Source: Felis catus
Taxonomy: Eukaryota
Reading direction: 5' to 3'
Length of the DNA: 64,000 nt
NCBI RefSeq assembly: GCF_018350175.1
Contig: NC_058368.1
Location: 164,302,001 to 164,366,000 of the forward strand
The notes beneath the pieces are model-generated. The model had not been told where the DNA came from and did no database searches. It saw only the letters and a program-made list of their open reading frames with translations. This document shows, in pieces, positions 11,106 through 23,050 of this stretch. Numbering within the stretch: position 1 is the stretch's first letter; each line of letters starts with the position of its first letter. Both the position numbers and the translations under genes were made by a program.

Positions 11106-11329
11106 AAAAAATTTTTTTTAACGTTTATTTATTTTTGAGACAGAGAGAGAGCATGAGTGGGGGGGGGCGGGGGGGCGCGCAGAGAGAGAGGGAGACATAG
11201 AATCTGAAGCAGGCTCCAGGCTCTGAGCTGTCAGCACAGAGCCCGAAACGGGGCTGGAACTCACAGAGCGGGAGATCATGACCTGAGCCGAAGTTGGACG
11301 CTTAACCGACTGAGCCACCCAGGCGCCCC
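11106..11329 (-). mobile_element. Felid CanSINE
   Basis: Reverse-complement SINE. TSD core aaagatgcttt at 11095-11105 and 11333-11343. Confidence 0.95.
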
Positions 11330-11359
11330 AGTAAAGATGCTTTTTAAAAGAGACAAACA

Positions 11360-11557
11360 GGGGCACTTATGTCTGGGTGGTTTAGTCGGTTGAGCACCGA
11401 CTTCGGCTCAGATGATGATCTTGCAGTTTGGGAGTTCAAGCCCCACATTGGGCCCACTTGATGTTGGCACGGAGCTTGTTTTGGGTCCTGTGCCCCCCCC
11501 CCCCTTGCCCTCTCTCTCTCTCTTCCAAAAATAATAAATAAACATTAAAACAATAAT
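11360..11557 (+). mobile_element. Older CanSINE
   Basis: Diverged tRNA-like head, C/CT tract, aataaa tail. Approximate TSD aaagagacaaa / aaagagataaa. Confidence 0.85.
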
Positions 11558-11609
11558 GAAAGAGATAAAATTATCATAACAATAATATCACAGGAAAGCA
11601 GGTACTTAG

Positions 11610-11850
11610 TTTAAATAGAAATGGCAGGTCTTCAGAGTTAGATTGACCTGGATCATCCCATATTGTACCTCATTTAGGTGAATAACCATGATTAAATACC
11701 ATAAACACTATGAAGCTTCAATTCTTTCATCTCTAGGAACTTGATACCAGTTTTACCTTACAGTTTTTTTGAGTATATGTGGTAATTAAATGAGATAATA
11801 TCCAGAAAACACACATGCCTGTGTTTTGTGTATAGGTTTGCAATAAATGG
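11610..11850 (+). mobile_element. MIR relic
   Basis: 'cttcaattctttcatctctagg...aattaaatgagataata' resembles the MIR core. Confidence 0.55.
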
Positions 11851-12299
11851 TACATGCTGTTTTTATGTTTGCTTATCAGGGGCATGTTGACAGAAATGTA
11901 TAGAAAAACTGCTAACTTGTATGAAGAAGTGTTACATTCTACTGACTTTGTCTACTAATATGTATCAGTGTTCAAATATTGCAATATACTTCCCTCATTT
12001 TTTTTAAATGTAGCTTCTTCTCAGTTTTTTTTTAATTCATCTAGAATGAGTCCAAATTCAGTATCAAAATCTTGCCAAGCCTATGAAGACTATGCTGACC
12101 TCTGAAATTTAAAGAAAGGTTATATTGTTTTCTGTGCAAACTATGGGCTATACAAAAAAGAATGATTGATTGCATAATCAGAGTAACCCAAGTCAATTAA
12201 TTATAAACTTATTAATTCACTTATTTTTTTCAACAAATTGTTGTGACTTTTATTAGCAAGGAATAATTTGGAGCATTGGAAGTATAATCTAGCTACTGA

Positions 12300-12467
12300 A
12301 ATAGTTTTTAGCCCTGGTCTCACTTTAGAATCATATGGGAACATTTATAAAATACTAACGTCTGGGCCCTATACCCAGAGATCCTGATTTAACTAATTTG
12401 TGGGAAGCTCAAATATTTTTAAAACCTCTCCATGGCAACTCTAATATGTAGCTCTGCTTGAGAACCG
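12300..12467. mobile_element. MER5-family (hAT-Charlie) MITE
   Basis: 'ttagaatca...tctgggccc...cccagagatcctgatttaa...ttgagaacc' layout typical of MER5. Confidence 0.65.
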
Positions 12468-12488
12468 TATGTTTTAAGTAGTGGTTCT

Positions 12489-12668
12489 GGAGCTGCCTGG
12501 GTGGTTCAGTTGGTTAAGTGTCAGTCTCTTGATTTAGACTTAAGTCATGATCCCAGATTCCTGGGATTGAGTCTGGCATTGGGTTCTGCATGGAGCCTGC
12601 TTGGGATTGCCTCTCTACCTCTCCCCACCCCTTAAAAATAAATAAACAAACATTAAAAATAAATAAAT
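12489..12668 (+). mobile_element. Older CanSINE
   Basis: 'gcctgggtggttcagttggttaag' head. TSD tagtggttct at 12479-12488 and 12669-12678. Confidence 0.9.
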
Positions 12669-13478
12669 TAGTGGTTCTCAATCTTGTGAACAATTGTAAT
12701 TCCTAGGGTAGTTTCAGAAAGATACTAATGTCTGGGTCCTGTTGTGATACTAATGTCTGGGTCCTGTTGTTATGGGTGCAAGAGTCTGCGATGTGTGAAT
12801 GGAGGTCTCAGTCCTTGGATTTACCTAGGAATCCCCACTGGAATAAAGAAAGCAGGAAGAAAAGCAGCAAACATAAACCAGTTTATTAAGGCAAAGTACA
12901 CTCTCCAGGTGGGAGATGGGTCAGTTTCCAGGAGGTGGAGCCAGCCCCTAGGTTGTTTTGGGATTGGATATTATTGGATTTCTTGGGGCCGGGGAGAGCT
13001 GTGACGTACAGTGGCATGGTTTCTCATGGAGGATGCTTCCAGTCATTTGGGGGGACTCTTAGCACAGGTTGGGAGTTGAGTTGACCCTACAAGATTTGTA
13101 CCAGAACCATCATGGCAGCCTGTCTCTATCTGGGCTGGAGCTGTACCCACAATGCAAATGCATTATAAAGAGTCTAGGGGTTATTCTGGAGAGAAGAGGT
13201 GGAAGAGGAGAGCACATGCTCCACACCTCTTGATCTGTCAGCTCCACAGTCTTGAAAGCCCCACAGTCAGGATGTTGTGCCCCGAGGCTTTTAATGTATA
13301 CCTTATTTATCAGGATCCTTGACTCTAGCTCTAGTCTCTGTCATTCCCTTTCAAGGACTTGATACTTTGCCTTGAGGCCTTCCTGCCTCTGCTCTTGTCT
13401 AACTTCTGTCTAATAGCATCCTGGAAAATTTGATGTAATTGGCAATTTTCTTATGCAGACAAAGTTGAGAAGCACTGA
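12669..13478. mobile_element. Second MER5-family element split by an LTR
   Basis: Left half 'agtggttctcaa...gatactaatgtctgggtcc'; right half '...tgatgtaattgg...aaagttgagaagcactg' carries the matching terminal inverted repeat. Confidence 0.6.
12765..13414 (-). mobile_element. Probable solo ERV LTR (ERV1-like)
   Basis: About 650-bp GC-richer block interrupting MER5. Starts tgtt, reversed poly(A) signal tttatt near 12882, reversed TATA-like ttataa near 13163, ends tgtctaata. TSD not resolved. Confidence 0.55.
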
Positions 13479-13499
13479 TTCAGGAAATGAGCAATAGAG

Positions 13500-14150
13500 G
13501 TTATGAGTGTAAAAAGAGGCTAAAGTTACTGACATTAGGGGTGTCTAGTTTGGATGTCAGAGAAGACCTTTCTGAGACTGTGGGCATTAAACTAAGAACT
13601 GAAGCATGGGTAGGCAGTAGGCATTAATGATATGAACCTGGGAATGGGGACAGTTCTTGAGGGGGAATGATGTGTTTAGAGGCCCTGAGAATGCAGAGAA
13701 TAGCGAGGTATGAAAAGCAGGGAAAAAACTGGCATGAATTGAGGCAGGGAAGGTTGGCTGCTGGATTTAGTCAGGGAAGAGTTGTAATCAGTCTTCAATT
13801 TTGTTAAAGTTATTCCACCCATACTTTAGTTAATGGGTTAGAGGGGAGCAAAATAGTTGCAGATTCATTGGGAAGCTCTTATGGTATTGCAAGAGAGAGA
13901 TAATCATGAATTAGTCTAATGTGGTGAAGGAAGAGATGGAAAGGTAAATGGATTCAAGAGGTGGAAGCATTAGGATCTGCTAATTGATTAATTGGGGAGC
14001 AGAGAGAGGAAGAGGGTGGAGTGAAGGATGCCATACAAGTTTCTGAATTATGTCAATGAGTGGCACATGATGCCACTTGAAGGGAAGCTATTGAGTAAAA
14101 ATGCATTTGAAAGGAAAGATCATGCATTTATTTTAATTGAGTAACCTTTG
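13500..14150 (-). mobile_element. L2 LINE relic
   Basis: Purine-rich text 'gtcagagaagacctttctgag...actgaag', 'gcaagagagagataat' and 'tgaaggatgcc...agtttctg' typical of antisense L2. Confidence 0.65.
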
Positions 14151-14584
14151 AGCTATAATATAAATAAGTACATAAAAAGAGGCGAAAAAAAAAAGAAAAC
14201 CTAATCATAATTAAGGTTAGGTATAAAATCTGTACTCTCAGAGTAAAAAATATTTAAAAAATCAAAATAAAGATATTATTGAAGTTTCCCTAATTGTGAA
14301 ATGACTAGGGTTTCTTCTTAAAGGGGGAAAAAAAAGCAAATGGCAGATACTATAGTCTTTCTTTGAGTTTTGCTTCCATTCCATTCTTTTCTTCTTTTTT
14401 TTGTCATATTAAGTAGATACAAGTAATCATTAGCAAGCTAAATTTACCTGTTATTTGGAAAGAGTGGATAATATTCATATGTAGGTAGTATTATGAAATC
14501 CTAATTAATGTACTTTTTATTCTTGTTCATTCCTGGCAGTTCCTTTTTTTCCCCTTCATTTTCTCTGCTCATCTTCACATTTTG

Positions 14585-14840
14585 TTTAGCTTTATTAAGG
14601 TATAATTAACAAATAAAATTGTAAGACATTTAAAGTGTAGAGCGTGGTGATTTGATATAGGTATACATTTGGAAAGATTCCCCTACGTTGAGTTAATTAA
14701 CATATCTATCATCTCATATGATGTGACATTGTTTTTTTTGGTGAGAACATTTAAGATCCACTCTCTTAGGAAATTTCAATTATATAATCAACTATATAAT
14801 TGTCAAGTATAGTTATGTTAAACATTAGATTCTCAGATTG
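14585..14840 (-). mobile_element. 5'-truncated L1 3' end (L1MA-age)
   Basis: 'agctttattaaggtataattaacaaataaaattgta' L1 3'UTR. Perfect 13-bp TSD tcttcacattttg at 14572-14584 and 14841-14853. Confidence 0.85.
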
Positions 14841-15154
14841 TCTTCACATTTTGAATCCATAACATTTATTGCTTAAGGCAGACTTATCTTAGAACAAAGG
14901 AGGCATTGCTCAGTTTTTATTGGAAAATCAAAGATTTTTTGCTCATAGTATAGTATGATAATGCACTGGTTTATAAATTGCTCAAATTAGTTATTCTAAA
15001 GATCATTTTTTACAAATCTTTTTTCTGTATTAAGGAATTGAACCTTGTGAACTTTTAGCATAGAATTTATAAAACCAACAGATAATAAGGTAAATGTAGG
15101 ATGCTAATGCAAGAGCCATTGTCCTCGGCTTGGGAGATCAATTTATAGGAAATT

Positions 15155-16150
15155 TTTTTTTTTTGACCTTTGATTGCCCTTACTTTCTTCTTCTTTTTTT
15201 TTTATATGAAATTTATTGACAAATTAGTTTCCATACAACACCCAGTGCTCATCCCAAAAGGTGCCCTCCTCAATACCCATCACCCACCCTCCCCTCCCTC
15301 CCACCCCCCATCAACCCTCAGTTTGTTCTCAGTTTTTAAGAGTCTCTTATGCTTTGGCTCTCTCCCACTCTAACCTGTTTTTTTTTTTCCTTCCCCTCCC
15401 CCATGGGTTCCTGTTAATTTCTCAGGGTCCACATAAGAGTGAAACCATATGGTATCTGTCTTTCTCTGTATGGCTTATTTCACTTAGCATCACACTCTCC
15501 AGTTCCATCCACGTTGCTACAAAAGGCCATATTTCATTTTTTCTCATTGCCACGTAATATTCCATTGTGTATATAAACCACAATTTCTTTATCCATTCAT
15601 CAGTTGATGGACATTTAGGCTCTTTCCATAATTTGGCTATTGTTGAGAGTGCTGCTATGAACATTGGGGTACAAGTGGCCCTATGCATCAGTACTCCTGT
15701 ATCCCTTGGATAAATTCCTAGCAGTGCTATTGCTGGGTCATAGGGTAGGTCTATTTTTAATTTTCTGAGGAACCTCCACACTGCTTTCCAGAGCGGCTGC
15801 ACCAATTTGCATTCCCACCAACAGTGCAAGAGGGTTCCCGTTTCTCCACATCCTCTCCAGCATCTAGAGTCTCCTGATTTGTTCATTTTGGCCACTCTGA
15901 CTGGCGTGAGGTGATACCTGAGTGTGGTTTTGATTTGTATTTCCCTGATAAGGAGCGACGCTGAACATTTTTCATGTGCCTGTTGGCCATCCGGATGTCT
16001 TCTTTAGAGAAGTGTCTATTCATGTTTTCTGCCCATTTCTTCACTGGGTTATTTGTTTTTCGGGTGTGGAGTTTGGTGAGCTCTTTATAGATTTTGGATA
16101 CTAGCCCTTTGTCCGATATGTCATTTGCGAATATCTTTTCCCATTCCGTT
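15155..16150 (-). mobile_element. Young felid L1, 5'-truncated (~1 kb)
   Basis: L1 3'UTR plus ORF2 C-terminus. 15-bp TSD aatttataggaaatt at 15140-15154 and 16151-16165. Confidence 0.97.
15422..15895 (-). pseudogene. L1 ORF2p C-terminal fragment (CCHC cysteine-rich region)
   Basis: [26 protein letters not shown]...[13 protein letters not shown] is the L1 ORF2 C-terminus. Endonuclease and RT domains are absent. Confidence 0.95.
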
Positions 16151-16629
16151 AATTTATAGGAAATTAAGAGAAGAGATTCAAGTATGTACTCTTGGTGTTT
16201 GCCTGGGGAAGACCTTTTGCCACATAGCTATCTCTTAGAGTCAAAATCCTTTGGAGGAGAGGGTTAGGGTCGTGACAAAACTACTCAGGTAGATTTGGGA
16301 GAATCCCAGAGAAAAAGACTTTTTACCTTGGTTCCCATGGTATAGTCCATTTCTATTAACAAAGACTTGTACCAAGATGAATCTAAGTTGATGGGCTTGA
16401 AGAAAGCCTCACAGAGAACCATACCTGTCAGAATGGCTTTAAAGAAGAAACGACAGCATCTGATTCTCCATCAAAGTGATATTGTAGTCCTAGGATAGAA
16501 GAGAGTGGTACCCAGAAGGAACTAGATTTGGGGATGACAATGGACAGCAGCGGAAGACACTAGTATCAATCAGAAGACATTGTTGTAGCATGTCTTTTTT
16601 CGACTTATGATTAAATTAATTAATGAAGT

Positions 16630-17080
16630 ATAAATTTTCATTGAGATATAAAAACAGAAGTTCACAGATCTAAAGTGCACAGCTGAATGAATTTTACAAA
16701 TGTATAACCCTGTATAATGAACTGCTCTGGTCATTAATACATTTCCTCTACCACTGAATATTCTCATGTGACTTCTCATCAATAATCTACCACTCCCAAA
16801 TAATTACTGTTTTATCATTTTTCATCAACAGATAGTTTGGCCTGTTCTTGAAATTCATATAAATAGAATTGTACAACAAGTTCTCTTTTGTGTCAGGCTT
16901 CTTTTCCTCAGAATAATATTTTGAGGTGTATGTATCCATGTTTTGTATCCATGAGATGTATCCATGTTTTGATGTATCCTCACTGTTTTTCTTCTCAATT
17001 TCTATATAGTATTTAATTCTATAAATATACTACAATTTATTTATTTTTATTCTCCTCTTGATGGGCATTTGGATTATCTG
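16630..17080 (-). mobile_element. Old L1 3' end (L1MC/ME-age)
   Basis: 'aagtgcacagctgaatgaattttacaaa', 'gcctgttcttgaaattcatataaatagaat', 'gatgggcatttgg'. Confidence 0.75.
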
Positions 17081-17580
17081 CTGATATTCATACTCTCGTG
17101 TAATCTTCCCTAGAGTGTGAGCTAGACCTAGTGATTTGTTTCTGATGAACAGAATATAACACAGCTGATGTGATGTCACTTCTATTAAGTTAGGTTACAA
17201 ATGACTGATGCTTCTGTCTTTTTGGCATTCTCTCTTTATTGCCTTATTGTTTTGTATGCACTGATGAAGCAAACTGCCATTTGAAGATCTGGGGTGGCCT
17301 CTAGCCAACAGTTAGCAAGAACTAAGGGCTTCAGTCCAATAGACAGGAACTGAAAACAACTACCTCATGTGTTTGGAAGCAGATCATTCAGTGGGTGAGC
17401 CTCTAGGTGATACCAGAGCCATGGTTGGTACTCTGATCGTAGTCTTTTAAGACATCTGGAAACAAAAGGCCCAGCTGAGCTGTGCCCACATTTTGGACAT
17501 ACAGAAACTATGAGATAATAAATACATGTTAAGTCTGTAAGTTTTGGAGATAACTTGTTGTGCAGCAAGAGATAGCTAAA
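17081..17580 (+). mobile_element. MaLR LTR (MLT1 family)
   Basis: 'gagtgtgagctagacctagtgatttgtttct...atgtcacttc'; 3' end 'taagttttgg...ttgttgtgcagcaagagatagctaa'. Confidence 0.8.
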
Positions 17581-17639
17581 TTGAGTTGGCTGTATTGTTT
17601 TTATAACTGTTAAGTTGGTTAAATATTGTTCAGATCCTT

Positions 17640-18192
17640 ATGAAACAGGTATACAACTAGACCAAGTGAATGAAAATATGTTTCTCAAGACTTTGGGCAT
17701 CAGACAGTCATATGCAATGATATTTGAGAGATGGGAAACTAATGAGGTAAAGCTGTGATTGCCTAGTTTAGTGGGAAAAACATGGCAGCTCAAGTCCTCA
17801 GAACAGAGTAAACATGAGGATAAAGGAACATAGACAACTTTGAAATCTTCAGTGGTTTCCCCTTGAGTGTTCCGTGGATGCATTAACAAATGCATGTGAT
17901 AAAACTGTGCTAAGTCAGGGAGAGGGCCACCTATAAAAAAGTAGAGGGAATAGTGTCAGAGCTCATAAAGAACCAGGAAGAGTGCCTGTTTCTAAGTCCA
18001 ACTGTGAATAATCACAGTTCATAGGGCACTGATTAGAAAGGCCAGGTCTTGCCTCTTGACAATAATTAGCTTTAGACAAAATACTATTTTGGGTCCACAT
18101 AACAAATTTCCAAGTATTTTAACTATGATCTAGAACAGAGCCTGACCATACCAAATTTATAGAACTTCCTTCCTTCCTTTCTTCCTTGCTTT

Positions 18193-18255
<63 letters not shown>

Positions 18256-18281
18256 ATTTTTCTTTCTTTCTGGATATGAAG

Positions 18282-18315
<34 letters not shown>

Positions 18316-18750
18316 GTCTGTCTTAGCTAAAATCTGATGAGGTAAAATTCCCAATGTCTTTCATCTAATGAAACATTTTGAAGTATGCAAAAAAGAACCA
18401 GGGATATATGGTTATGAGCAGAAACAAAAATTAGTCTAAACCTACCCAAAACTGACATGGATTTTAGAAATAACATGCAAGGACTAAAGCAATTATTATA
18501 ACTGTATTCCATAAATTCAAAAAGCAAAGGTAAGTTGGGCATTTTATATGGAGACAAGTTAAAAAATGCATGAGTGAAATAAACTGGATGAGATTAATAA
18601 CATACTATATATGGAAGGAACAATATTAGTGAATTTGAAGATGGTGATAGAAACTATCCAAGATAAAATGCAGTGGGAAAAAGGAGAAAAAATTAACTGA
18701 GCCCAAGAGACCTGGAGAATTATGAGTGGTCTAATATATGTGTATTGGTG
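17640..18750 (+). mobile_element. Ancient L1 5' region, same general family as 5530-6830
   Basis: Shared motifs 'ctcaagactttgggcatcag', 'ggtcttgcctc', 'ggtaaaattcccaatgtct', 'attattataactgtattccata'. Confidence 0.7.
18166..18317. repeat. Compound microsatellite (TTCC)/(TTTC)n followed by (TG)n
   Basis: Directly visible. Confidence 0.95.
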
Positions 18751-19064
18751 AAAACCAATACTTTTTTCAGCACCATTTTATTCCCAATATTAAGCACAGA
18801 GCCTAGATTATGGTAGGACTCAAAAAATATTTCCTAGGTGAGTGCAGTGAGTTAACATTTAAAGTGAATCAGAAATTGTAAACCTTATGTTAAAATTTAC
18901 TGATTCAAAATATATTTGTCAGGCAAGTGAAAGAGAACCAAATTCCATTTTGTGGGAAATACTAAATATTATATATTATACACACACACACATACACATG
19001 ATTGTTTAAACAGATTTTTAGATCAATATTTTTAATCTCTACTAATCAAATCTAAAAGTTTGTA

Positions 19065-19278
19065 GGGGTGCCTGGGTGGCTCAGCTGGTTAAGCATCCAA
19101 CTTCAGCTCAGGTCATGATCACAGCTCATGAGTTGGAGCCTCACGTCAGGTTCTGTGCTGACAACTTGGAGCCTGGAGCCTGTTTCAGGTTCTGTGTGTC
19201 CCTCTCTCCCTGCTCCTCCCTTGCTCTCACTCTTTCTCTGTCTCTCTCAAAAATAAACATTAAAAATGTTTTTTAAAC
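19065..19278 (+). mobile_element. CanSINE
   Basis: ggggtgcctgggtggctcag head, CT tract, aataaa. TSD core tttgta. Confidence 0.93.
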
Positions 19279-20483
19279 AAATTTGTAGATACACACACAC
19301 ACAATTTTTATATATTGACTAGTTAAAAGAGAGAGACAAATACACAGAAAGGAAAGAGTTGACAATTGAGCAGCGGATACAGATATAGACATGCCATAAA
19401 CATGCAAGCACTCACAGTGGAAATACGCATTATTCATAGAATAGAGACAAGTTTATTTATTGTACGATTGCAGTAAGAACAGGAAATTTGAAGGCAAGTA
19501 TGAAATGGATCTTCCCTAATATTCTTGTGAACTGTTGACTAACATGGCATTTATAAAAAGTCATTGTAGTCTCTATCCTGTACCAGTCAGTCCTGTGCAA
19601 TTGGTCATTTTAATCAAGAGTCTGTGCTGATAGCACTTCCCTTTAATATATAATACCTTTAAGAGGTAATTTAAAGGGACTCCCTAGAAATTTCTTTTAT
19701 AAACAAAAAAGACCTAGTACATTTTTTATCAGATTCTTCTAATCTGAGATTACTGCTAATTGAAATCAGGGAGAAGGAACTAGATTCCAGTCTTTACTAC
19801 TTTCAGAGAGTGGAACATAACTCCCATCTCCATACATATGGGCTGCCATAATGATTTGCCTTTCAAAGAGTATAGTATAGAAAAGAGGGGATAGAATGAC
19901 TTTACAGTGGAGAAGACTGATCCTTAATTTGTTCTGAGATGATAAATTTATCAAAAAAGTAAGATAGAAGACATGACTGATATACTTAGTATAGAAGAGA
20001 GGAATAAGCATATGAGAAAGTGAATGAGCAAATGTTAAATGAATAAAATCTAGGAAACTTGAGATTCCCTAAGTTTATCAGTTTTTAAATATTTAGCTTC
20101 TGTTATGTTTTGTATACCTAAGGTTTTATTTGTGAACACATTGATTCATTTCTTGCCAGTCCAGGTTGCCTGCCAGTAATTAAGGACTTTAGGACTATGG
20201 AACAGATTAGGTAAAGTATGTATTTTGTACTCGCTTTGCCTTTTTATGCTTTAATGTTTACACTGAAAACATATTATTTCAAACACTGGTGATTGCACTG
20301 GATATTCAGAAGTGAATAAGATAAATATATGCCCTGACTTGAAGACTCACAGGTTTTGGGAGCAAGATTAATGCATAAACAATGAAAAGGCAATGCACTA
20401 TGTTCTAGGAAAAGACAAGGGAGAGAGTGCCTAAGCATTCTGGGCTTCCCAGCACAGTCTTAGAAAAGCCGTAATCACTCTTG

Positions 20484-20604
20484 TTTCTTATTTAAGTTGT
20501 GAAGTCACTCTTACTCAAAACCCTGCTGTTTTCAAACCCAGGGATGTTTCAGCATCTTTCTTTTCTTGGTCTGTGATCATTTTTTTTCTTAATAAAGTCA
20601 TAAG
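20484..20604 (+). repeat. Copy 1 of ~122-bp local direct repeat
   Basis: Matches 21925-22047 with 5 substitutions and a T-run length difference. Confidence 0.95.
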
Positions 20605-21924
20605 ACATTAATATAGAGATAGTAAAAGCGATATTTAAGTCCTTCTATTACATTTTCCTAACTCATTCGTAAGTCCCGTGTGGAGTAATCTGAATCAAAT
20701 ATCATCTACCCTCTGTTTGAGCACCTTTAGGGATGAAAGCCCAATATATTTCAGAGTAGCCTAGTCCACTGTTATAACAACCCAATTATTTAAAATGTTC
20801 TTTAACAGTAATTCTTAGTTTTGCTTCTAGTCATTTTTCATTTATTATAGACCTGCCTGCCTTTGTTTCTTTCCATCTTTAAATGGAGGACATTAATAAA
20901 AGCACGTATGTAATTTAAATTTTTAATTACTTTGCAGGTACAAATGTCAGAATAAATTCATAAGCATCAATGAAGACATATTTTATGCAGCTTTAATGTA
21001 TCACAAATTTAGTAGCTATAATTTTAGTGGCATATCATTAAATATTATATCTCAACTTGTGGAAAGTATGTTTCAGTTAATGTTAGTAGTTCATAAAAAT
21101 TTTTAAGACTATCTCCAACTCATTTAAAAAATGTAATTTTGATCAATAAAGAAAGTGCTTTTAAATGGCACCATAAAGAGTAATCTAATAGAACTAGGTT
21201 AAAGCAAATGAAGTAGTTAAAAAATTTTTCTTTGCCTGAAAAATGCATTGAAGAATATTTATAGGTTTTAAGCATGTCATTAGGAAGCATTATCATTAGG
21301 GATATAATAAGAAGAGATACGTTTAGAGTGTATATTTAGCTATCGAAGAAGGTAGAATGAAAAATATTTGTGACTTGAAGACTATTTCGCTTGTTACATC
21401 TATTAAAAAGTAAAAGAATGAAACCAATAATGTGTGATGTTGGATTCTATTCTAATAAATAGAATATTAATTAAAATAGTAACCAAAAGAGAGAGCATGG
21501 AAACTGCTTATGTTTCTTCACATTTCTTCACATGTTTGCAGTTAGTGTTCATATTGTCTACAAAGTTATTCACTTCTAATATTCCAAATGAATATTAAAC
21601 TCTCTGCATTTAAAGAATAATTGTATACCTTTTGCAAGATTAAAACATAAATTATACTTGTTCTTAATTTGACATAATGTTTATTCCCAATTTTGACCAG
21701 CCAGCTCTCTATATTCCCTCAAGTTGTTCTACACTCTTGATATATATAGAATTGAAGAATGTCAGATGTGGTCAGTAAAATACTATTAATTCTACTCATG
21801 TACTTCTAATAATATGAGTTAAAATTTATTCTCTTTTTATTGCTATCTTTCCAAACTCCTCTATGTTTTGAAATTCACAAGTCTGTTTTCACAAAAGTAG
21901 TTACTTTGTCTGGTATACCTCTCA

Positions 21925-22047
21925 TTTCTTGTTTAAGTTGTGAAGTCGCTCTTACTCAAGACCCTGCTGTTTTCAAACCCAGGGATGTTTCAGCATCTTT
22001 CTTTTCTTGGTCTATGATCATTTTTTTTTTCTTCATAAAGTCATAAG
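21925..22047 (+). repeat. Copy 2 of ~122-bp local direct repeat
   Basis: Matches 20484-20604. Confidence 0.95.
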
Positions 22048-22344
22048 CATAAAACTATGCTCAATTTAGTTGCAATTATCTTTACCATGAATGTAGACCT
22101 TTACTCTCATCCAAATTTATTCTGTTGACCTTATTCACTATAGGAGATATATCCCTATATCTATATGCATCTTTATTATTTTTTATTATATATATGTATG
22201 TATCTATAGACTATATCTATACCTATAGAGGATATATGCATCTTTATACCCTCTATAGGTAGAGATATATTCTAAAGATATAATCAAGGTAGAGATATAT
22301 TCCTATATATTCCTATAGATATAGATATATTCCCTGGTGAATAT

Positions 22345-22930
22345 TATGATGGTTAACCTTATGTGTCAACTTGACTGAATCCTGGGGTGCCCAAATATTT
22401 TACTACACATTGTTTTGGGGTATTTCTGTGAGGGTGATTTTACACGAGATTAACATTTGAATCCGTGAAACAGATTGCCCTCCCCAGTGTAGGTGAAGTT
22501 CTTCTAATCCTTTTAGGGCCAGGATAGAACAAAAGATGGAGGAAGGGAGAATTTGTTTTTCTCTGCCTCAGTGGGTTCACCAGGACAGAGGATTCTTCTG
22601 CCTATGGATTGACACCCTCTGCTCCCTGGGCCTCAGGCCTTTGGACTCCAACTGAATTATACTACCATTGTGAATTACACTACTACTTTCCTGGGTCTCC
22701 AGCTTGCAGATGGCTGATAGTGGATCTTCCCAGTCTCCATAGTCATGTGAACCAATTTCTTATAATAAATATGTAAATATATTTTAAGACCTTTATATAT
22801 TTTAATGCTTATTTTATATGTAATAAGTTATTACATGTATATTTTATGTATATATTTATGTATATATGTATTTTATATATGTATATATATCTCCTATTGG
22901 TTCTATTTCTGTTGACAATCCTATTAAAAT
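22345..22930 (+). mobile_element. ERVL LTR (MLT2 family) with expanded TA-rich tract
   Basis: Start 'tgatggttaaccttatgtgtcaacttgactg', 'ttcctgggtctccagcttgcagatggc', end 'tcctattggttctatttct'. Confidence 0.9.
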
Positions 22931-22994
22931 ATATACTAGATATATATATATATGTATAATATACACACAAATAAATATATATTATATATCACAC

Positions 22995-22999
<5 letters not shown>

Positions 23000-23045
<46 letters not shown>
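23000..23045. repeat. (TA)n microsatellite
   Basis: Directly visible. Confidence 0.95.

Positions 23046-23050
<5 letters not shown>

Noticed and set aside
16370..16570. Purine-rich, coding-looking stretch (e.g. DGLEESLTENHTCQNGFKEE)
   Set aside because: The plus-strand frames I translated close quickly. No recognisable parent gene, poly(A) tail or TSD to support a retrocopy.
5530..18750. Similarity between 5530-6830 and 17640-18750 as a segmental duplication
   Set aside because: Both are highly diverged copies of an ancient L1 5' region with unrelated flanks, so independent insertions explain it.
20484..22047. Direct repeats as LTRs of a small retroelement or as a CRISPR-like array
   Set aside because: No TG...CA ends, PBS, PPT or TSD. 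Only two units, in a eukaryotic context.
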